Shown here: in pieces, positions 28,980-51,600 of the stretch
Numbering within the stretch: position 1 is the first letter of the stretch
How the letters are laid out: the number at the start of each line of letters is the position of its first letter
Source of the DNA: Lysobacteraceae bacterium
Lineage (GTDB): Bacteria > Pseudomonadota > Gammaproteobacteria > Xanthomonadales > Xanthomonadaceae
Assembly (NCBI GenBank): GCA_041751895.1
Contig: JBGSID010000048.1
Coordinates: 68,403-132,402, forward strand
DNA: 64,000 nucleotides
Reading direction: 5' to 3'
Notes under the pieces: generated by a model
What the model was told of the DNA's origin: nothing
Database searches by the model: none
Seen by the model: only the letters and a program-made list of their open reading frames with translations
Position numbers and translations under genes: made by a program

Positions 28980-30332
28980 ATGAACAAGGACGCATTCGAT
29001 GTCATCGTGGTTGGAGCGGGCGCCTGCGGCGCCGCACTTGCCCGTGATTTGGCGAAGCAGGGCTTCTCCGTGCTGCTGCTCGAACGGGGCTCTTCCAAGG
29101 CGATCACCGACAATCTGTCCGGCTTGGCATCGGTTGCAAAGACGCTGCCCGTCGGCCCGGGTCTCCAGGCGACGACAGCGCATGGTGTCGGCGGGTCGAC
29201 GAACATCTATTTCGGCATCTGCAAGTTGCCGACGCGAGACACGTTCTCGGCACTCGGCATGGATCTCTCGGCGGAACTCGAAGCGGTGCGCCGGGAAGTG
29301 CCGGTCGTCGAAGTGAACGACGACTTCCTGCCGCCGCAGTCCAAATGGTTGCGCGACAGCGCCGCCCGTGTCGGCTACCCGATGAAGCCGCATCTCATGG
29401 CGCTCGATTTGTCCCTCTGTGCCGACGGCAGTTATGTCTACGAGGCCAAGTGGAAGGCGCGCGGCTATGACGACGAGGCGGTGGCGGCGGGCGCGACATT
29501 GCTCAGCCATGCACGCGTGAAGCGTGTGCTTGTCGAACACGGACGTGCCGTCGGTGTCGAATACGTGGTGGGTCGACTCGGTGGTCGCACGCGTCGTGCC
29601 TATGCACGCAAGGTGGTGATCAGCGCGGGCTCGCCGGCCACGCCCAAGCTGCTGATCGACGCAGGCGTCCGCGACGTCGGCAGCCGTGGTTTCTTCTGCA
29701 AGCCGGCCTTCATGATGTTCGGTACGGTGAAAGGCTTGGCTGGTCGCGATGCTTATGTCGGCCTGCTGGAATGTGATCTGGGCAATGGGGTCACGCTGGG
29801 CGATGGCGCGATGGTGTCGTCGCTGTTCAAGCTTTTCATGCTGTCCAACGGCAAGCTCGGGCACATTTTCTCGCATGCGTCGACCGTGGCGGTCGCCGTG
29901 GCGTTGAATGACGAACTCGGTGGTGAGGTTCGGCCTGACGGCAGTTATCACAAGATCCTGTCGCCGCAGGACACCGAAAAATTGAAGCAGGCGGAAAGCA
30001 GTGCCGCAACCATCCTCGATGCCGCTGGCGCTACCAACGTCTTCCGCTCCGGCAACGTGGCCGGTACGCCAGGCGGCGTGCTGTGGGTGGGCGAGCATCT
30101 GGACGAAAACCTGCAGACGAGCATTGCCGATCTTCATGTCTGCGATCAGTCGGTCATGCCCGATGTCCGCGTCACGCCTTTGATCACGTTGCTGTGTCTG
30201 GCCAAAAGGCTCGCCACACACCTGACCGAGACTCTGCGCCCAATCGCGCCGGAACAACACGCCGCTGCGGGGCACCGTCCGCAGGGTGACGTCGTACACA
30301 CCATTCCGAATACCGAAACAGAAACCGTTTGA
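28980..30332 (+). CDS. GMC-family FAD oxidoreductase
   Basis: DVIVVGAGACG, GVGGST, VVISAG...TP.LL and LHVCDQSVMP motifs. Confidence 0.85.
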   Translation: MNKDAFDVIVVGAGACGAALARDLAKQGFSVLLLERGSSKAITDNLSGLASVAKTLPVGPGLQATTAHGVGGSTNIYFGICKLPTRDTFSALGMDLSAELEAVRREVPVVEVNDDFLPPQSKWLRDSAARVGYPMKPHLMALDLSLCADGSYVYEAKWKARGYDDEAVAAGATLLSHARVKRVLVEHGRAVGVEYVVGRLGGRTRRAYARKVVISAGSPATPKLLIDAGVRDVGSRGFFCKPAFMMFGTVKGLAGRDAYVGLLECDLGNGVTLGDGAMVSSLFKLFMLSNGKLGHIFSHASTVAVAVALNDELGGEVRPDGSYHKILSPQDTEKLKQAESSAATILDAAGATNVFRSGNVAGTPGGVLWVGEHLDENLQTSIADLHVCDQSVMPDVRVTPLITLLCLAKRLATHLTETLRPIAPEQHAAAGHRPQGDVVHTIPNTETETV

Positions 30333-30344
30333 GGACCAAGAGTC

Positions 30345-31037
30345 ATGGCATTTCGTGAGCGTTTCAAGAAGATCCGGAAATACCTGTTGGGCGGGGCGCT
30401 GACCCTGATCGTCGTGGGCTTGCTCGCCCATGTCATCTGGGTTCGCTCCGGTACGGGCGAATGGAAACTGATTCAGGACGAAGCGGGAATCCAGGTCTAT
30501 TCCCTGAAGGATCCCGGCACGTCACTGATGAAGTTTCGCGGCGTGACCCGCGTGAAGACCAGCCTGACGAGTTCGGTTTTCCTGTATCGCGGTGACGAGA
30601 CGACCAACGACGATTTCGGCGGCCAGAACTTCCGCATCTTCGACAAGGTGGAAACGCCGAAGATGTACATGGCCTATTTCTCGGTGGAGCAGCCCATGCC
30701 GCCCTTCGGCACGAAGGAGATGGTCAGCATGCTCAATTATGCCCAGGACCCGAAGACGGGAGAGGTCTTGATCAATGTGCAGGCGGCGCCCAGCGCGAAA
30801 CCGCCGACACCCGGCACATCGCGGGTCAACGTCCTCAACAACACGTTCCGGTTGACACCGATGCCCAACGGCGAAGTGCAATGGGAGATCACCGGCGACG
30901 TCGATCTGGGGTTGTTCTACCCGCTGGCGAACCTCGCCATGCCTGGCCTGCTGTTCAAGGGGTTGAGCGATCAGCGCAAATTGGTGTTGACCGAGAAATA
31001 TCAAAAGGCGCGTCTGTTGTCCGTGCGTGAGCCCTGA
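30345..31037 (+). CDS. Membrane-anchored START/SRPBCC-domain protein
   Basis: N-terminal TM, then W.L..DEAGIQVY...FRG, and late RV......LTP..NG.V motifs. Confidence 0.72.
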   Translation: MAFRERFKKIRKYLLGGALTLIVVGLLAHVIWVRSGTGEWKLIQDEAGIQVYSLKDPGTSLMKFRGVTRVKTSLTSSVFLYRGDETTNDDFGGQNFRIFDKVETPKMYMAYFSVEQPMPPFGTKEMVSMLNYAQDPKTGEVLINVQAAPSAKPPTPGTSRVNVLNNTFRLTPMPNGEVQWEITGDVDLGLFYPLANLAMPGLLFKGLSDQRKLVLTEKYQKARLLSVREP

Positions 31038-31096
31038 GGGCGCGCATCAACGAGTGCTTGGCCCATACGATTCTCTATAGCGAACGATTCCAGACA

Positions 31097-31819
31097 ATGA
31101 ACGAGACGAAGAAGTCGAGCGGCAAGCTCGCAAAATTCCTGAAGATCAACGGCATCTTCAACCTGGTGATGTTGGTGGCATACATCGCATGGGCACAGAC
31201 CGGCTCGGGCGAGTGGAAGCTGGTCAGCGATGAAGATGGCATCCGCGTGTGGTCCATGAAGGTGCCTGGCGAAACCCTCAAGAAATACAAACTCCAGATG
31301 CACGTCGATTCGCACCTGTCGGATGTCGTGTTCTACATGAGCGATCTGAACACGGGTTACGACGTGGGTGCGACCGATATCCGGCGCATCGAGGAAGTGA
31401 AAGACGATCCCGTCTTTCTGGCGTACGACACCTACAAGCTCGACCTGAAGCCATTCGGTAAGTTGGATGTCGTGATCGTCAATCACTATGCGCAGGATCC
31501 GAAAACCGGCGTCGTGCGTCTGAACGTGCAGGCCGCGCCCAACAAGATTCCGGTCAACCCGGATGTTCCGCGCGTCAAGCGCCTCAGCAACCGTTTCACC
31601 ATGACGCCTGTCGCCAGTGGTGGGGTGGATATCGAGTTGCTTTCGGAGATGGACCTGGGGCTTCCGGATGTGCTTCAGAATCTGGTGATGCCCTCGGTCA
31701 CGCATACAGAATTCGCGAAGATGCGTGAGATGTTCAAGAAGGAGAAATACCGGGTTGGCAAACCCGCTTTCATTGTTGATCCGGCCGAGCAATCGACGCC
31801 GGTCGCGACCCTGAATTAG
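31097..31819 (+). CDS. Membrane-anchored START/SRPBCC-domain protein, paralog of 30345-31037
   Basis: Shares G.GEWKL..DE.GI.V, NxYAQDPKTG.V..NVQAAP and DLGL with the upstream gene. Confidence 0.72.
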   Translation: MNETKKSSGKLAKFLKINGIFNLVMLVAYIAWAQTGSGEWKLVSDEDGIRVWSMKVPGETLKKYKLQMHVDSHLSDVVFYMSDLNTGYDVGATDIRRIEEVKDDPVFLAYDTYKLDLKPFGKLDVVIVNHYAQDPKTGVVRLNVQAAPNKIPVNPDVPRVKRLSNRFTMTPVASGGVDIELLSEMDLGLPDVLQNLVMPSVTHTEFAKMREMFKKEKYRVGKPAFIVDPAEQSTPVATLN

Positions 31820-31918
31820 ACCGGCGCTTCAAAGTTTTCCTTTTCCCTTCCAGTCCTCCAGCAAGGCCCGCCCTGACGGTATGAGGGGCGGGCGTATCGA
31901 GTTCATAAGGATGTGCGC

Positions 31919-43459
<11,541 letters not shown>

Positions 43460-43466
43460 GCAATCT

Positions 43467-43490
43467 GCCCTGCGGCTGGTGTCGCAGGGC
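43467..43490 (+). other. GC-rich stem-loop just after the PKS stop (no U-tract; possible mRNA-stabilising or pause hairpin)
   Basis: GCCCTGCGGC-TGGT-GTCGCAGGGC forms a 10-bp stem with one G:U pair. Confidence 0.45.
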
Positions 43491-43549
43491 GGGATCTTCG
43501 AGCTCGTGGGGGACGAGTGTGTCGTGTGTTCTGAATTTCAGGTGCCCAT

Positions 43550-44227
43550 TTGATGAGATTTCCACTACTGAAAAACCGCAGCAACGTCATCCTGATCGCC
43601 GTGTTGCTTTTTTTGAACGCCGTGCCGATTGCCGCCGGTACGGTGCGTTTGCTGGGCCTGCATATCCTGACCCCTGAAAACGCACGGTTCGTGACTTCGC
43701 CGGTCGCCACGGTGCTGCATATCGTAGGGTCCAGCATCTTTGGCCTTGTGGGGATCGGGCAGTTCGTCGATACCTTCCGGCGTCGGCGCCCCACCTGGCA
43801 CCGGCGGGCAGGGTGGGTATTGGCCGTGAGTGGTCTGGTTTCCGCGTTGTCCGGTCTGTGGATGACGTCCTTCTTTCCTCGGGTAGAAGGTGATAGTGAT
43901 ATGCTGGACGCCTTACGCTTTGTGTTCGGTGTCGCTATGGTGTCTTGCCTGATCCTTGGGCTGTACACCGCCGCAAAGAAGCGCGACTTCCTTCGGCACT
44001 CAGCGTGGATGATGCGGGGTTATGCGATCGGTATGGGGGCGGGGACTCAGGTCGTCCTGTTCGTTCCTTGGGTTCTGATCGTTGCTCCGCCGAATCCCAT
44101 CGCACGGGCGATGCTTCTGGGGGCGGGGTGGGTCGTCAATCTGGCGATCGCGGAATGGTGGATTTCCCGCGGTAGAGGCCGGCAGAGGCAGCGTGTCGTG
44201 GGGACACGCAAGGGAATTCCAAATTGA
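43550..44227 (+). CDS. DUF2306-like integral membrane protein
   Basis: About six hydrophobic helices. LHIV, RRRRPTWHRRAG and H.AWMMRGYAIGMGAGTQ motifs. Confidence 0.75.
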   Translation: MMRFPLLKNRSNVILIAVLLFLNAVPIAAGTVRLLGLHILTPENARFVTSPVATVLHIVGSSIFGLVGIGQFVDTFRRRRPTWHRRAGWVLAVSGLVSALSGLWMTSFFPRVEGDSDMLDALRFVFGVAMVSCLILGLYTAAKKRDFLRHSAWMMRGYAIGMGAGTQVVLFVPWVLIVAPPNPIARAMLLGAGWVVNLAIAEWWISRGRGRQRQRVVGTRKGIPN

Positions 44228-44347
44228 GCCGTCATCGGTTCGACACGCCAGACTGTCATTGTCATGGCGACGGATCGCGCACGCAGACGCAATCGTCAGC
44301 GCCGGCGCGCATGCGCTGCAAGTGATTAATCTACAAGGAATGTTGTA

Positions 44348-45601
44348 ATGTCCAAGACTCCAACTCCCGAGAAATACCACAAGCTGTACGGGAAGCGCGT
44401 AAGTCGCCTTGTGTATCGGGGTGATGATTTCCTCGACTACGTGATCATGTCCGCGATGGTCATGGGCATCGCAGTATTCGTATTCGGCGTGGGGCATCCG
44501 CTGACATACGTCGTTCTCGCTCTGTGCGTCTGGATGGTGGCGGCCTTCACGCGGCGTCATGGTGTGAGCTTGCGCATACCGACGCTGCTGAGTCGTCCCC
44601 AGGACGTCCTCTACATGTTCGTCTACAAGCTGCAGAACATGCGCTTGGCGTACTTCGTGGCTGCGGCGATGATCGCGATCGAGAACATCGCGATCTGGAT
44701 GACGCCGAATCTTCCGCACCACACCCAACTGATGCGTCAGGTCGGACTTGGCCTTTTCTACGGACATCTCGCGCTGTTGACGGTCTACCGCACCGTGATT
44801 CTGGTCGCGCATCTACGTGCAACCGACCATGTGCGCGCCTTCCTCATGGAAACCTCATGGAAAGCGGCCCTGGCGCGGCAGCCCAATATCGTCATCGAAC
44901 TCTTCCACGCGTATTTCACTGGGCTGCTGACCCATATTCTGCTGATTGCGCCTTGGTATTTCGCCATTACGCACTTCCAGTATTCGGTGATCTTCCTGCC
45001 GGTGACGATTCCGCTCGGCATCTTCATTCACGCCCGCTTCCTGAAGGTCGTCAACCAGTGGTTCTATCGTGATCATTGGGTCGCACACCACTCCGAGTTC
45101 GAGTTTCTCTATCTGCATGGTCCACACCACGACGCCATCCCGAGTGGGTTGATCGGCGTTTCAGGTAACGGCGTACTCGAAGGCGTGCTTCGCCACACGA
45201 TGGGTGGCCCGGCTGTCTTCTACAACCCGGTGGTGGATTTCCTGATCCACAGTGTCGACGTCAAGGTCGACATCGACGGGCATCAATACATTCCGGGCAT
45301 CTATCCGCACGTGCCCAAGAGCATCCAGCTCATCAACCAGCATTCCTCGCATCATTTCGGGAAGCTCGAACCCTATGGCCTGGGTCTGAAGCTCGACCAG
45401 CCGGGACTGCCGGAGGATCTGATCAAACGAGCCAAGATGCTCACGGAAGAACAGCGCAACTCCGCCCACCTTGACGAACAGCTCAACGGTTTCCAATGGG
45501 ACAACCCGCGCTATCGTCATTACTTGGAGCTTTACGACAAATACCTGACGGTCAAACCTGCAGGAGCTACCGGTGATGTCACGGATTCTGCACAAGGATG
45601 A
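44348..45601 (+). CDS. Membrane di-iron enzyme of the fatty-acid hydroxylase/sterol desaturase superfamily
   Basis: TM helices plus His boxes HWVAHH, HGPHH, DGH and HSSHH. Confidence 0.7.
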   Translation: MSKTPTPEKYHKLYGKRVSRLVYRGDDFLDYVIMSAMVMGIAVFVFGVGHPLTYVVLALCVWMVAAFTRRHGVSLRIPTLLSRPQDVLYMFVYKLQNMRLAYFVAAAMIAIENIAIWMTPNLPHHTQLMRQVGLGLFYGHLALLTVYRTVILVAHLRATDHVRAFLMETSWKAALARQPNIVIELFHAYFTGLLTHILLIAPWYFAITHFQYSVIFLPVTIPLGIFIHARFLKVVNQWFYRDHWVAHHSEFEFLYLHGPHHDAIPSGLIGVSGNGVLEGVLRHTMGGPAVFYNPVVDFLIHSVDVKVDIDGHQYIPGIYPHVPKSIQLINQHSSHHFGKLEPYGLGLKLDQPGLPEDLIKRAKMLTEEQRNSAHLDEQLNGFQWDNPRYRHYLELYDKYLTVKPAGATGDVTDSAQG

Positions 45602-45649
45602 TCGTCATACGACGTTGATATAAGGATCTGCAGCAAGAGAGGGATTTGA

Positions 45650-48600
45650 ATGGAAGCGATGGATGCTGTGCGCGTGATCGACCAGGGCGAAGGTGTCTTC
45701 GTGCTGCGTTTCAATGATGCCGCAGGCGGCAATCGACTGACACGCGTATTGGCGAAGGCACTCAAGGACGCGCTGGTCACACTTGCATCGATGTCCGGGC
45801 TTCGCGTTCTCGTGATCGAGGGCGGTGACGATGTCTTCCTGTGCGGAGATCGCGACGACCTCGACGTTGCGATGGCGGAGGGGCTGTATCGCGCCCTGAA
45901 TGAATTTCCCTCAACCGTGGTCGCAGCCATGTGCGGCAGCGCGGCCGGTGCCGGATTCCTGTTCGCATCGCTGTGCGATCACATCGTGTGCAATCGCGAT
46001 GCCGAGTACGGCTACACCCACACCGGGGAAGGGCTTGTTCCCGGTGCTGCGGAATTCAATCTGTTTGCAGCGCGCTTCGGGTTTCCCGAGGCGAAGGATC
46101 TGTTGTATCGGTTGCCGATGGCGACCGCGCGTGAGCGGTTCGGCCGTGGTTGGACGTGTCGTATCGAGGCCGCTGAGGCTGTCGTTGATCGCGCCCATCT
46201 TCTCGCCCGTGACTTGGCGGCACATGCCGGTAATGCCCTGACGCTGTTGCTGAAACAACGGCGTTCGCGCTTGGCGGTACCCTTGCAGGCATGGCTGCCG
46301 GGCCATGCCCTCGACAAGCGCATGGCCAACGATGCGCATGGTGACGAGCTTCCCGAGCACAGCGACTTCTTGGCATTCGAGCGGCCGGTACCCGGTGTTC
46401 TGCTTGTACGGATCGATGGGCAGAGCAGGGGCGGCGATGCTTTACAGCTTGTGCAAGCGCTCGAATCGCTGATCGATGCGCTTCACGTTGCGCCGATTGG
46501 CGTTCGCGCGCTGGTCCTCACCAGCGTGTATTCCGGAATCCTGCCCGCAGCTAGCGATGATGTCCTGCTGGCTGCGACGCATCGCCTTCACGCGCTGGCG
46601 CAGCGGTCGAAACTGCCGATCATCATGGCACTGCCGGCCGAGACCGATTGTCGCGGATGGCTGCTCGGGCAGTGTTTCGATGATGTCGTGCATTCGGAAG
46701 AGGGTGTCTTTTCCGTCGCTGATCTGGCGAGCGCCGGTCCGGAATGGATTGCCTTGGCCGCAGCGTCGTTTGCATCCCGACTGGGGCCGATTGCCGCACG
46801 CGGGATGGTGCTGGCAACCGACAAGTATTCCGGCAAGTCGCTCAAGGCCCGTTTCAAGACGCTCGATGTGGTTCCGCAGGACCAGGTGGAACCACAAGCG
46901 ATTGCTTTGGCTGCAGCTTGGGCTGCGTGGCCTGACGGTGTCATTGCCGAACTGCGGAATACGGCGTTTGCGCCGATGTCTGTGAATGCGGATGAATACT
47001 CTGTCGAACCAGTCTCGACGTCCTGCGCTGCACCGGGCACGCTGAACATTGCGTCGCCGGTGGTGCAGGCCACGCTGGATGCGGACGGCATCGTTTCCGT
47101 CCACATGTCGGATCGGGAAGCGAAGAATCTGTTCACGCCCGAGATCGTCCAAGGTCTGGAGGACGTGTTCGCGCAGGTCGCCACCAACGACGCCTGCAAA
47201 GTGGTGGTGCTGACCGGCTACGACCGCTATTTCGCCACGGGGGGCACCCGGGAATCGCTGCAGGCCATCCAATCGGGCAGGGCACAGTTCACCGACGCCC
47301 CCGTGTTCGTGTCCGCATTGCGTTGCCCCGTGCCGGTCGTGGCCTGCATGCAGGGCCATGCGGTGGGCGGTGGATTGTCTCTGGGTCTGTTCGCCGATTT
47401 CGCCCTGTTCTCGGCGGAAAGCCAGTACCTCAACCCGTATCTCCGCTACGGCTTCACGCCGGGTGGCGGCGCAACCCTGATCGTGCCCGAGATCCTTGGC
47501 CCTGATCTCGGCAACGAATCCCTGTGCACCGCGCAGGAGTACGCCGGCAATGAACTCTTGGCTCGCAATCCGGCGTTGGCCGTGTATCCGCGCGCCGAGA
47601 TCAACGAACAGGCGATGGCGCTCGCGCAGCGCCTGGTGCGTCATCCACGGGCGATGCTCGTGGCACTCAAGGCCTATCTGAACCGATCGATCTTCGATCG
47701 GCTCGACGCGGTCTTTCAGCAGGAAGTCGCCATGCATGCGCAGAGTTTCGTGGGGCAGTCGGACGCCCTCGAACGCATCCACGCGCACTTTGGCCCAGAC
47801 GCCGTCGCCACGCCGGGCGATGCGTCTAATCTCACGAACGAGAACGACACGATGGCAACATCCTCTCTGGGCGCGACCGCTGCTCAACCGCCGACTCGCG
47901 ACGAAATCATCAGCGAGCTCAGAACCCTGCTTGCGCAGGAACTGCATCTGCAGGAGCACGAGATCGGCGAGAGCGTGGCTTTCGTCGATCTCGGTCTGGA
48001 TTCGATCACAGGCGTGACCTGGGTTAAGAAGATCAACACCCGCTTCGGTACAGATCTTCATGCCACGCGTGTCTACAGCCATCCGACCTTGGCGGCGATG
48101 ACCACGCTGGTCGAGGAATCGCTCCCGGCATCCACGACTGCAGCAGCGCAGTCTCCTGTGCCCGCGCCCGCTCGTGTGCCGGACACTGCGCAACCGCCCA
48201 AACAGACGGTCGCTCCCGCAGCGCCACGCGTGAAAATCGCCCCGCTGACAGCAGAAGTTCCGGCACAACGTCCGTCTCGCACCGACATCATCGGCGAGCT
48301 CAGAACCCTGCTCGCGCAGGAACTGCATCTGCAGGAGCACGAGATCGGCGAGAGCGTGGCCTTCGTCGATCTCGGTCTGGATTCGATCACAGGCGTAACC
48401 TGGGTGAAGAAGATCAACACCCGTTTCGGCATCGATCTTCACGCGACCCGCGTCTACAGCCATCCGACGCTGGCGGCGATGGCCACGCTTGTCGAGGAAT
48501 TGCTGCCGTCGTCCGCAGCCGTTGCCGTGACGGCACCCGCGCGTGCCGCCGAGACACCACAACCGCAGCCGCAACCGCCGAAGCAGACGCCCGCACCGGC

Positions 48601-51600
48601 TGCCAAGGTGGCATTGGCGGAGATGCCGTCGGACATCAAACGCGACGCGAACACGTCGACTGAATGGGCTCGCCTGTTGCAGGCGCGTGGCCCGTTGACC
48701 TCTTTGCGCGAGTCGCCTGCGGTGCACAGTCATGCGCGGCATGCGGACGAGATCGCCATCATCGGCATGGCTGGGCAATTTCCCCAGGCCCGCAATGTGG
48801 ACGAGTACTGGACCAATCTGGCGGAAGGCCGCTTGTGCGTGGGCGAAGTGCCCCGCGAGCGCTGGGACATGGCGCCGTATTACCAGCCGGGCGATGTCGT
48901 GCCAGGCAAAGTCAACGCCAAGTGGATGGGATCGCTCGCCGACCACGATTGTTTCGATCCGATGTTCTTCGACATCTCGCCAAGAGAAGCATTGAGCATG
49001 GATCCGCAGCAGCGGCTCTTCCTGCAGACCTGCTGGCATACCGTCGAACACGCCGGATACAACCCGCGTGCATTGTCCGGTAGTCGCTGTGGCGTGTTCG
49101 TCGGCTGCGGCTATGGCGACTACCACCTGCTGTCGAGCGAACTGCAGAACAGTGCACTCGGCTTCAGCGGCAACGACACCTCCATCCTCGCGGCACGGGT
49201 GTCCTATTTCCTGAATCTGCAGGGCCCCTGTCTGGCGGTCGAGACGGCGTGTTCGTCGTCGTTGGTGGCCATTGCCATGGCCTGCGACAACCTCGTCAAC
49301 GGCACCTGCGATGCCGCGCTTGCCGGTGGTGTCGGCATCATCGCCACGCCGCATCTGCTGCTGAAAATGGCGCAGTCGGGCATGTTGTCGCCCGACGGCC
49401 GTTGTTTCACTTTCGACCAGCGCGCGAATGGTTTCGTGCCCGGCGAAGCGGTCGGCGCCGTGCTGATGAAGCGTGTGGCCGATGCCGAACGGGACGGCGA
49501 CACGATCCTCGGCGTGATCCGTGGCTGGGGCGTCAATCAGGACGGCAAGACCAACGGCATCACCGCACCCAATCCGGATGCGCAGGCGCGACTGCATCAG
49601 GATGTGCATGCCCGCTTCGGCATCGACCCGGCCGGAATCCAGTTGGTCGAGGCGCACGGAACAGGCACGAAGCTCGGCGATCCGATCGAAGTCGAAGCGC
49701 TCAAGCGTGCATTTTCGACCGCTGCGAAAACGGCCGATGCCTGCGCGCTCGGATCCGTGAAGAGCAACATCGGCCATTGCTTCACCGCCGCCGGCATTGC
49801 GAGTGTCATCAAGGTGGTGCTCTCGTTGCAGCACAGGAAGCTGGTACCCACCATCAACTTCGAGCGTCTCAACGAACATATCGATCTGAAGGGATCGCCG
49901 TTCTATGTGAACGACCGTTTGCGCGAATGGTCCGCACCCGCGTCCGGCTCACGCATGGCTGCGGTCAGCGGTTTCGGTTTCGGCGGCACCAACGCCCATC
50001 TCGTGATTGGCGAATACGTTGCAAAAACTGCCGCTACGACCGAATCGGATGCACTTCGCCGCTTCGGCAAACTGCCCATCCTGTTGTCGGCCCGTACCGC
50101 CGAACAACTCGATGCGCAGGTGCAACAACTGCTGGATCTCGTCGCGTCGCGTGGCACGGGCATCGAGCTGACCGAACTCGCCTACACGCTGCAGATCGGC
50201 CGCGAAGCGATGGACGAACGTCTGGGCGTCATGGCCGGCTCGACCGACGAGCTCGTCCAACTGCTGCGTCGCCATATCTCGGGTGACAGCAATACCGGCA
50301 AAGTGTTCCGGGCGTCGGTGCGTGAGCACCGCAAGACCATGGGATTCCTGCTCAGCGACGCCGACATGCGCGAGGTGGTGATCGACCGCCTGTTGAAGCA
50401 GTCCCAGTTGTCGCGTCTGCTCGAACTGTGGACGCAGGGGCTGGTGGTGGACTGGAATCGCCTCTACGGCGGCGTTCACCCGAAACGGCTTGGTCTGCCC
50501 GGCTATCCCTTCGCCAGGCAGCGCTACTGGATCGATGCGGCCAGCACCGACGAACACTCGGCGGGTGCAGCCAAGCTGCATCCGCTCCTGCATCGCAACG
50601 TTTCCACGCTTCGCCAGCATGGCTATGCGTCGACGTTCCACGGCACGGAATCCTTCCTGGAGCATCCGGAAGGTGGCGAAGCCGGGACATTGCCCGCCAG
50701 CGCCTTCCTTGAAATGGCGCGCGCCGCCGTGCAGCAAGCCTGGGATGGCGAAGCCTGCGTGGGCTGGAATCTGACCGACATTGCCTGGGGCGATGCCTAC
50801 GTAGCAGGCCCGGCAGCGCCGACGCTCTCGGTCGCGCTGCTTCCCGAGACCGATGACAGCATCGACTTCGAGATCTACAGCGAAGTCGATGGCATCGAGC
50901 GCATCCACTGCATGGGCAGGGCAGAGGTCGTGGTCGATACGAACGCGAATCTGGCGGCCGCGCTTGCGGGCCGTCAAATATCGGTCGACTTGCCCGATCT
51001 CGGTCTGGCACAAGACGAAGACGTGGTCCTGCACCCGTGGTTGATCGAATCCGTCGTGCGCGCGGTCGTACAGTCGGGTGCCGGCAGCGTCTGGTCCGGG
51101 CAGCCGGTGCTACCCGCGTCCATGACTGCCTTGTGGGTGTCCGCGCCTTGCCGTGGATCGTTGACGGCATGGGTCGAGTGGGAGGCGGATACGGAACACC
51201 GTCTTTCCGTCGCGTTGTTCGATGCGCAGGGCCAGCTCTGTGCGAAGTGGTCTGGTCTGCAGATGGCGACGACGACCGAGGGCGCGCTCCTTCCGCTTCA
51301 GAGCAACCTCGACACAGTATCGGCACCGTCCATCCCGGTGCCTGCACCGGCATTGGCATTGCCTGCTCCGCGACTGTCGCGTGCCGATCTGCTGCGCGGC
51401 CTGCGGGACAGTCTGGCGCAGGCGCTTTTCCTGAAGCCGAGCGACATCGCGAACGACAAACCGTTCATCGAGCTGGGTCTGGATTCGATCGTCGGCGTGG
51501 AGTGGATCAACGAGATCAACAAGGCCTACGGCATCAAGCTTGCCGCCGCACGACTCTACGACTACCCGTGCCTCGACGAACTGGCGACTCACCTTGAAGG

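Noticed and set aside
31866-31893. GCCCGCCC/GGGCGGGC inverted repeat as a terminator or riboswitch
   Set aside because: The 8-bp stem has a 12-nt loop, no downstream U-tract and no recognisable aptamer.
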